Notes under the pieces: model-generated | Told to the model about the DNA's origin: nothing | Database searches by the model: none | The model's input: only the letters and a program-made list of their open reading frames with translations | Origin: Candidatus Heimdallarchaeota archaeon | GTDB taxonomy: Archaea > Asgardarchaeota > Heimdallarchaeia > Hodarchaeales > Hodarchaeaceae | NCBI GenBank assembly: GCA_048881705.1 | Contig: JBHLSH010000038.1 | Location: 1-35,287, forward strand | Length of the DNA: 35,287 bases | Reading direction: 5' to 3' | Part shown: piece by piece, positions 10,178 to 16,883 of the stretch | Layout of the letters: each line of letters starts with the position of its first letter | Position numbering within the stretch: the stretch's first letter is position 1 | Position numbers and translations under genes: made by a program

Positions 10178-10479
10178 TTTTTCTATCATACAGCTGGCTG
10201 TTGAATCTCATGACCCTGAAACCGTTGGAAAAAACAAAGACATTGATCCTTTTGTTGCTAAAAGACATGGTTGAAGCCACAACAGCCGAAATCGTAAATG
10301 AGGCCTCCATTATATCTGCAGATTGCAAAGATCGAGTTCCAGCAGCCATCGCGGGACTTAATCGCGCTGGAATGCTCCACCGATCAATTTCTCGTGAAAA
10401 GAAAGCCATCGTTTGGAGTCTGTCTGGTAGTGTAGATTTATCCTTGTTGAAGGATCAAAATATCAACAGTTTTGAATGA
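10174..10479 (+). CDS. Small winged helix-turn-helix protein
   Basis: Overlaps the sufS stop (ATGA); alternative start at 10210. Pattern IL..LL...ATTAEIV...helix...L...GML...W fits a wHTH. Confidence 0.6.
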   Translation: MIFLSYSWLLNLMTLKPLEKTKTLILLLLKDMVEATTAEIVNEASIISADCKDRVPAAIAGLNRAGMLHRSISREKKAIVWSLSGSVDLSLLKDQNINSFE

Positions 10480-10726
10480 CCGGCGTTATACCAAGAACTT
10501 TTCGAAATCTGGATTTGAGAATTCCCTTCACACAGCGGCAGCCAAGAGGGTGCGTTAGAATCGCTCCTGAAGGGCATTGTAGGCTGCATGCACCACATTC
10601 AATGCATTTTTCCTCGTCAATTAGTGTTGCGGGTTCATTTGGTGGAATAACAATGATTTGATGAGGGCACACGCCCACACAAAACCCACATGAATTGCAT
10701 TTCTCGCCAAAGATCGTCGCTGCCAT
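10463..10726 (-). CDS. HgcB-like 2x[4Fe-4S] ferredoxin
   Basis: CNSCGFCVGVCP and CIECGACSLQCP; the latter matches the HgcB signature C(M/I)ECGAC. Extra Cys63, Cys65 and terminal Cys87. Lies 24 nt after the HgcA-like gene. Confidence 0.88.
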   Translation of the reverse strand: MAATIFGEKCNSCGFCVGVCPHQIIVIPPNEPATLIDEEKCIECGACSLQCPSGAILTHPLGCRCVKGILKSRFRKVLGITPVIQNC

Positions 10727-10750
10727 CGTGGTGTATTAAATGGCATCATT

Positions 10751-12412
10751 TTAAAATAGTTGATGGATTGGAGGAAAAAAAAGACCGAGAACGAAAACAA
10801 TAATGATGATTATTATTGTGGGAATCATAAGTATCGCCAAATCGCTTTCAACATTCAAATGATTTGAATGGGGAGTGCTCCCTGCGAAGTCCAAAACTAC
10901 AAAAAAGGAAATCAAAAACCCGAGAGAACACCAGAATATAATTGTGGGGAGATTCTTATCGGATAACCAAAGGAAAATTAGGAGAGAGTTTATAGAGGAA
11001 AATATTACTCCCTTATAGAAGAACGACTTAACGGAACGTAGAATCGGGTATATAATCGGGAAGACAAACGACGGGAGAATAGTAAAAGCCGCTAACTGAA
11101 TCGCAACATCCCACCAGAAATGCAAAGGATCTCCTCCAAATGACCAGAAAAAGCCGAGACCTAGGAGTAAAGGCAAAAAGACGGTTACAAGAATAAAAAA
11201 AGTGTGCTGTATTGCCATTAAGATTCGGAAACGCATATTGAATCTGACGATGGCCTGATCTTTTGCTTTCCTGTAATCATTTCGTTCATATTCTGGAAAG
11301 TCATCAATGTAAACAGGCCCAAATGCCGGACGCCATCCATAACGGCGTATCGCATGCTGGTCAACACCTGTAGCGGATAGTTGGGGTAATATCAGACGTT
11401 TATGGTTTAAAAATGTTGAATCTGTAAATAATCGGAGAGCATCTATAACTTGATGGTGTGTAAAATGCTTTCCCCCAGCAGCACACCATACATTTATTCC
11501 CGCTGAATCTATTATCAAAATCCAGCAATTGATGCAGGATTTAATTAATGACCTATTAACCCTCCACACGGTCCAGTAATAGTTCCCCGTTACTAATAAG
11601 GGTGAGTCCTTGGTTGGAGTCCCGAGAGAGTATATGCCTGGCGTAACCTTATTTCTTGTGTAGATTCCGTTAATGATGCAATACAGCGTACGGATCAATC
11701 CAAATTTTCCCAATGTTTTTGAAAGGGGCTCCAGCTTGACAGGGCCATGCTCCTCCATAGTAATGTCCAAAGTACAACCAAAGAGCTGGATTGACCCCAT
11801 GGATAATAGGTGAGTAGGGGCGAAGTAGTTTTTCAGTAGCTTGCACAGGTTCTTTATTGGAAAAGTCTGGTAGGTTTTTCGGAAAACCATTATCTGCGAA
11901 AAGATCCAACGCTTAAACCAATAGAAGGGTCTTTTAAAACCAAAGTGAGGTAATGTTTCAGCCGCAATGTACAGGGTACCACTCGGTATCAAAAGTTCCT
12001 TCACTTGTTTTAAAAACAGTTGTTGTCGAAGAGGGGTCAATTCCGATAAAACAAAGGTTGAAACAACATATTCAAAGGGACCCATTGAAGCTAGCTTTTT
12101 AAAAATCGAATAATTGATAAAATCCCCTTGTAGAAAAAATATTTTTCCCTGCAATCCTTCTTCCTGAGATTTTTCGGTAGCGTGATCTATCATTTCTTCC
12201 GAAATGTCAACTGCCGTTACATCCAATCCCTTCTGAGCCAGCATACGGGATAATTGCCCTGTACCGCAGCCAATTTCGAGAACTTTCCCTCCTTTCCCTA
12301 TAGACTCCAATATTCGCCTATAAATTTCTTTAGATTCGGGAAACAGGCGGCGAAATTCCTCATCAAATGTATTAGGATCTTTCTCAAGGATTTTCATATA
12401 AAGTAGGCTCAT
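10751..12412 (-). CDS. Fusion: class I SAM methyltransferase + HgcA-like corrinoid-binding domain + about 5 TM helices
   Basis: aa 1-215: LYMKILE, VLEIGCGTG, AVDISEEM, VVSTFVLSEL. aa ~230-395: VTPGIYSLGTPTKDSPLLVTGNY, ILIIDSAGINVWCAAGGKHF, RLILPQL, FGPV, VRF. Then 5 hydrophobic segments with DFAGSTP. Confidence 0.88.
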   Translation of the reverse strand: MSLLYMKILEKDPNTFDEEFRRLFPESKEIYRRILESIGKGGKVLEIGCGTGQLSRMLAQKGLDVTAVDISEEMIDHATEKSQEEGLQGKIFFLQGDFINYSIFKKLASMGPFEYVVSTFVLSELTPLRQQLFLKQVKELLIPSGTLYIAAETLPHFGFKRPFYWFKRWIFSQIMVFRKTYQTFPIKNLCKLLKNYFAPTHLLSMGSIQLFGCTLDITMEEHGPVKLEPLSKTLGKFGLIRTLYCIINGIYTRNKVTPGIYSLGTPTKDSPLLVTGNYYWTVWRVNRSLIKSCINCWILIIDSAGINVWCAAGGKHFTHHQVIDALRLFTDSTFLNHKRLILPQLSATGVDQHAIRRYGWRPAFGPVYIDDFPEYERNDYRKAKDQAIVRFNMRFRILMAIQHTFFILVTVFLPLLLGLGFFWSFGGDPLHFWWDVAIQLAAFTILPSFVFPIIYPILRSVKSFFYKGVIFSSINSLLIFLWLSDKNLPTIIFWCSLGFLISFFVVLDFAGSTPHSNHLNVESDLAILMIPTIIIIIIVFVLGLFFPPIHQLF

Positions 12413-13555
12413 CTATGATGACCATCCTAGTAAATGTCTGTTCCCGATATGTACATTTTTGAGATGCCCCTTTGCCGCATTATAGCATTTTTCAGCTTGC
12501 TTAGGTGAAGTAACAGGCAAATCGCTTAGGAACGAGGAAGGGTGAAAGGCTAGAAGGCTATAGGGAATCGTTTCATCTAATTCAGCTAAAAAACCCGCTA
12601 TGAGGTCAATTTCCGTTTCGTCAATATAACCTGGAATTAGTAGCGTCGTTGCCGTAAGTACTGGGATTTCTTTTCTTTGATAATAGAATTTGTGGAAGCA
12701 CATTTCAAAGTTCTTGAAAGACTGTTCATTAGAGACCCCGCTAAGTATCTGTGATAGAATCGGACTATAGTACTTTAAATCAAATTTGGCGTTTCCTCCC
12801 GTATCCAAAGCCAAAGCCACAGCATTCCTCACCAATTTTGGGTGTCCGGCGCCATTCCATTCCCAACAGACACGAAGGATACGATCAGAATATTCCTTAA
12901 CCGCTTGTTTGCTCGCACGGAGAGTCCAGGGTAACTGTGGCTCAGGGGATCCCCCAAACCAACATATACAAGAAACTAGCGGATTTTTTGCCTTTGAAAT
13001 GAATTTTCCTATCGTATATCGCTCCCCAATGTCAATGTTTCTATGTTGAGAGTTTTGACATCCATAACAAAAGAAATTACAGCCATATAGGAAGCAAGCA
13101 AGATTATAATGGTTAAACTCTGGCCCAGGAGAGCAGGCAAATATGGGATATCCCTTACCTGTCCCACCTGGGCAAAAATAGGTTGAGCAACAGTTAGTTG
13201 GAAGGGGATCTAGATAAGTATGCAAAATCGCTTCTTTATTACCCGAAATCGATCCAATTCTTCCTCCACGATTTTCCCAAAGTCCACAATATCCTGATTC
13301 CCCTGGCGCTATATAACAGGTATTCGAACAGATTTTACACTGAACTCCCTCTGATTCATGTGGGAAATTTGTACGTAATCCCCAATTCGAACGAGAATGC
13401 GAATGTACGTTCTCGATGTACTGTATAGCCTTTGCAGGATTATTACGGATGCATTCAGAGCAAATACCTATGTACTGAGAAAATATGGGAGGCTTTTTTT
13501 GACAGATATGACATCTTCGTGTTTTCTTCGATTGAGAGCCACGAATGAAGGGCAT
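12413..13555 (-). CDS. Radical SAM protein (AmmeMemoRadiSam/PFL-activase-like) with Cys-rich N-terminus
   Basis: GCNFFCYGCQN (CxxxCxxC); GGSPEP; FDLK; N-terminal CHIC..CSEC and CKIC...C...GYCG; C-terminal AFHP and NVHIGN. Confidence 0.92.
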   Translation of the reverse strand: MPFIRGSQSKKTRRCHICQKKPPIFSQYIGICSECIRNNPAKAIQYIENVHSHSRSNWGLRTNFPHESEGVQCKICSNTCYIAPGESGYCGLWENRGGRIGSISGNKEAILHTYLDPLPTNCCSTYFCPGGTGKGYPIFACSPGPEFNHYNLACFLYGCNFFCYGCQNSQHRNIDIGERYTIGKFISKAKNPLVSCICWFGGSPEPQLPWTLRASKQAVKEYSDRILRVCWEWNGAGHPKLVRNAVALALDTGGNAKFDLKYYSPILSQILSGVSNEQSFKNFEMCFHKFYYQRKEIPVLTATTLLIPGYIDETEIDLIAGFLAELDETIPYSLLAFHPSSFLSDLPVTSPKQAEKCYNAAKGHLKNVHIGNRHLLGWSS

Positions 13556-13577
13556 TGCCTAATTTATTATTTTGTAG

Positions 13578-13585
13578 ATTAAAAA
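13578..13585 (-). promoter_or_regulatory. TATA-like box for the radical SAM operon
   Basis: TTTTTAAT on the minus strand, centred about 26 nt before ATG 13555 (leaderless geometry). Confidence 0.4.
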
Positions 13586-13645
13586 CCTTGATACCCAAAG
13601 CCCATCGAAATCATCGCTCCATTTAGCAAATATTAAATCGCCCCC

Positions 13646-13652
13646 AAAAAAA
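13646..13652 (-). terminator. Oligo(T)7 terminator candidate after the GTPase gene
   Basis: T7 on the minus strand 4 nt after the stop at 13657. Confidence 0.45.
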
Positions 13653-13656
13653 TCAT

Positions 13657-14202
13657 TTACCTCTCAGTATTAACCATTAGGCGAGCCAGGTCTGAAAAAG
13701 CGGCTTCCACATTCTCTCCTGTTAGTGCGGAAGTATTATAATGGTGAGATATGGCTTCTAACTCTCGAAAGGTATCAACGTGTTCAGCGGAAACGGTTCG
13801 TAATTCAAATAGATCAGATTTATTTCCTATCAAAACAAATGGAATTCTGCCAGTCACAGCCTCTATATCCTTAATCCATATGTGTAAAGATTCCAAAGTT
13901 TCTTGAATTGTTATATCATATACAAGTAATGCGCCACGTGCGTTTGAAAAGAACCTATTCCGAATAGATCGAAATAGGGTCTGTCCAGCGATATCCCAAA
14001 TTTGTAATGAGATATCCTGTTGATCCTGAACCAATCTTTTTGAGGTAATTTCGACTCCAATGGTTGCCTTATAATCGGATTTGAACTGACCATGGACAAA
14101 GCGATTGATCAGAGTTGTCTTTCCAACAGCCCCTTCGCCAGCCAGAATGATTTTGAACTTGTATTGGCCTTCTTCTTCAACATCGCTTACTTCAATGCTC
14201 AT
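13657..14202 (-). CDS. Rab-like small GTPase
   Basis: G1 GEGAVGKT, G2 YKATIG, G3 WDIAGQ, G4 NKSD, G5 TSAL. RabF-like IGVEI, LQIW, FRSIR and LVYDIT. No C-terminal prenylation Cys. Confidence 0.95.
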   Translation of the reverse strand: MSIEVSDVEEEGQYKFKIILAGEGAVGKTTLINRFVHGQFKSDYKATIGVEITSKRLVQDQQDISLQIWDIAGQTLFRSIRNRFFSNARGALLVYDITIQETLESLHIWIKDIEAVTGRIPFVLIGNKSDLFELRTVSAEHVDTFRELEAISHHYNTSALTGENVEAAFSDLARLMVNTER

Positions 14203-14220
14203 TATGCCTCATCCTAAGCC

Positions 14221-14979
14221 CTATTTTCCTTTAGCTAGACGTTCTGCAAGATAAGTTGGTAGCCCTGCGCTCAGGATATCTCCTTGGACTTTCGGGATGT
14301 CGTATTCCACCCGAATGATCTCAGCGGAGCATTCATCCATGTCGATAACCGCATAGCTTGCTCGTGGATCTCGATCACGGGGTTGTCCCACGCTTCCAGG
14401 ATTGCACATCAATAGCGGGCCGTTTTCTGATTCCATAGTATCTACGAATGGGATATGTGTATGACCCAATAGCAAGACACCAACTTCAAACAATTCCATA
14501 AATGGAAACAGGCTTTTTTGCTGTTGCGACCCTGGGAACACGTATTCATCTAGAGGATATTCCGGGGATCCATGAATAAGGGTAATTTGGGTTTTATATC
14601 CTTTATGTAGGCAAGTTTGGCTGGAGGGCAACCTGTAGAGATTATTCTTTTCCTCTGAGGTTAGGAGCTCCACATGCCATCGGATTGCCTCTTGAGCGAA
14701 TGAATTGAATTTTTTAACGTACTTTTGGTAATGGGTCGAATTACCGCCTCTTCCCAAGCCAACGCCATGATCGTGATTCCCCTTGGAGATCGCGACCAGT
14801 TTCTCTTCTTTGAAAACACGTTGCAGAACCTCTCGTGGGTTTGGGCCATATCCCACGAGATCGCCAGGACAAAGATATTCTGTGACTTCTGAAAACTGGG
14901 ATTCAATATCCTCCAAAACAGTATCAAGGGCAACAATGTTTGAATGGATGTCCGAAAAGACCGCGAGTGTATATGCCAC
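14221..14979 (-). CDS. Calcineurin-like metallophosphoesterase
   Basis: SDIHSN; GDLVGYGPNP; GNHD; HGSP; GHTH; NPGSVGQPRD. Confidence 0.93.
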   Translation of the reverse strand: MAYTLAVFSDIHSNIVALDTVLEDIESQFSEVTEYLCPGDLVGYGPNPREVLQRVFKEEKLVAISKGNHDHGVGLGRGGNSTHYQKYVKKFNSFAQEAIRWHVELLTSEEKNNLYRLPSSQTCLHKGYKTQITLIHGSPEYPLDEYVFPGSQQQKSLFPFMELFEVGVLLLGHTHIPFVDTMESENGPLLMCNPGSVGQPRDRDPRASYAVIDMDECSAEIIRVEYDIPKVQGDILSAGLPTYLAERLAKGK

Positions 14980-15394
14980 CGTTACCGCCCAAGAGGATAT
15001 AGAGAAGATTTTGAGGAGAGAAATTCACGCAATCATTGAACGTAATTTTACTCTGAACATTGTTTAAAGGTGTTTCCAAATAAAACTTTGCAAATCATCG
15101 GTCAATCATCTAATGAGACCTTATTTTCTTTAGCGTCTACTTTCAACCGAGTATTGGATGCTCCTCGCTGCAAACTTAAAGAGTTTTCTACGATAGACGT
15201 CAGTTTAACTTGTCCTCCTAGTGCTATCGTTTCACTTATATCAAAAATTGAATGTATTTTCCTCTGATCAAGATGCGGATTTTTAGAAGAAATTGAGCAA
15301 ACTGCATAAGCCAACGGGTTTCTAGGCAACTGAAAACCACTTACGGAGAAAATATCTAGATAATTACATATATGCACTCAACCTGATTCCTATC

Positions 15395-16711
15395 ATGCTC
15401 AAGAGTGGGAAGATCAAAATTAGGCCTCGAAAGTTGAAAAAATTCCCCTGGAGCGCTTTGATCATTTTATTCTTGCTTCCTGCAGTCATCGGAAATCTGC
15501 CCGTCACTCACGAAATCCCTTTTTCTGATCGAACTCCTAAAATTGAAGGGGAAGATTACATGAAAGTGAACATGACGGAAACAAGTTCAAAATCGATGGA
15601 GACCACGGACCTTATCAAATCTTCTATTCTGGAATCGGGATCGGAAACCATAGAATCTTATTTGACTTCGTTTAATGATGAATCAGACACGGGAGGATAT
15701 TGGTTAGTCATCGAAAATGACACCAATGATCTCGATCCCCGTCTTTCAACTGCCTACGTCGAAGTGGCTCAAAAATTCGAAATCATAGAAGAAACAGCAA
15801 ATATAACTCAAATTCAAGTTTATATAAAATACATAGATCTGGATTCAGGAGATGACATTCCACACGGGGTAATCTCCATTTTTAATGATAATAACGGGGC
15901 TCCTGGAATCCCACTAGGAACAGCATCACTAGAGGAGGGCTTTGCTTTCCTCAATTTGGGTGTTCCTATTGGCCCAGCATGGATTACTTATACACTTCAA
16001 ATTCCGATCGAGGTAACCATGGGAGAGTATTGGATAGTTCTTAGTGATACAGGAGATCAAGCAGCAGGCTATTGGGAGTGGTACACCCAAGCTGATACGA
16101 ATAACGAGGATGCAGGTGACTGGGCTGCACGTTCATCCCATGAAGGAGACTGGTATGTCAATCCTATTCCCGTTGGTGATCTTCTTTCTTCCGTTAAAAT
16201 TCTTGAAACTCAAACATCTCCTCCAGAAGAAAACCCGAATGAGGATCCGCAAGGTAACAGTACTCTTTACTACTTTGTATTCAAGAGCCCAGGAATTGGC
16301 GCCTTTGAATACAACTTAACCTTTGTAATAAAAAACTCAAGCGACCTAGCACCATTCCATCATAGGCATCAGAACAAGGGTAAATCTCACTCGAAATCTA
16401 ATGGTTCGCCCAAGGAGAATTATTTTTTCGATGAGGAATCATCCTCTATTGTTTTCATTGTTGAAATAGGAAAAGAATTATTCGAAACCAATGGGGCCTC
16501 TTCACGATCTCATCGACTAAACAGGAATGTACTTGGAGTTGTTTTAAGTAGAATTCATTCTTTTCTCTCTACGGTCTCTGAAACATTTTCATACAGATGT
16601 TTAGGCATTATATTCAAAATTAAGACCTCAAATGCATCGGGAAGATCCAATTTCCACGATGTGGTAATTACTTTTTCTGTGGGTCGTATTCTTTCAAGCA
16701 CTAAGATATAA
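15395..16711 (+). CDS. Secreted/surface protein with a beta-rich domain shared with the next gene
   Basis: Basic plus hydrophobic N-terminal signal; aa ~106-270 clearly align with aa ~168-335 of the next ORF; no C-terminal TM anchor. Confidence 0.75.
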   Translation: MLKSGKIKIRPRKLKKFPWSALIILFLLPAVIGNLPVTHEIPFSDRTPKIEGEDYMKVNMTETSSKSMETTDLIKSSILESGSETIESYLTSFNDESDTGGYWLVIENDTNDLDPRLSTAYVEVAQKFEIIEETANITQIQVYIKYIDLDSGDDIPHGVISIFNDNNGAPGIPLGTASLEEGFAFLNLGVPIGPAWITYTLQIPIEVTMGEYWIVLSDTGDQAAGYWEWYTQADTNNEDAGDWAARSSHEGDWYVNPIPVGDLLSSVKILETQTSPPEENPNEDPQGNSTLYYFVFKSPGIGAFEYNLTFVIKNSSDLAPFHHRHQNKGKSHSKSNGSPKENYFFDEESSSIVFIVEIGKELFETNGASSRSHRLNRNVLGVVLSRIHSFLSTVSETFSYRCLGIIFKIKTSNASGRSNFHDVVITFSVGRILSSTKI

Positions 16712-16883
16712 GCCATGGCTTACGAGTAGTGGTTCCAAAACGAGTGATAAGTCAAAATGCTTATTTATCAAAAGAGAGCGATATTGGCAAGGAACCGCAA
16801 AAAAGGCCAGATGGGGGTTTTATTTTGTTTTTATTACGTGTTGAGCGGAAGGATGAATGGTGGTTTTTTTTAGATGGTCGAAT

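Noticed and set aside
11230-11740. Calling the corrinoid domain CdhD/AcsD of the Wood-Ljungdahl pathway
   Set aside because: It has the Cys cap helix, C-terminal TM helices and an HgcB-like neighbour, and no cdh/acs genes are nearby.
10751-12412. Calling this canonical hgcA and the organism a mercury methylator
   Set aside because: The cap helix deviates (GGKH vs GKGT), there is an extra MTase domain and the HgcB-like tail lacks the terminal CC. Some HgcAB-like paralogues are reported not to methylate Hg. An assay is needed.
15102-15377. 91-aa ORF in the divergent intergenic gap
   Set aside because: GTG start, no recognisable motif; it cannot be told apart from a chance ORF.
16555-16716. 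Protein-like antisense frame (MAYILVLERIRP...) under the tail of 15395..16711
   Set aside because: It stops after 53 codons and is in register with the sense frame, which is typical of a shadow ORF.
16709-16722. Perfect 14-bp palindrome TAAGCCATGGCTTA
   Set aside because: About two are expected by chance in 35 kb (35287/4^7), and it has no supporting context.
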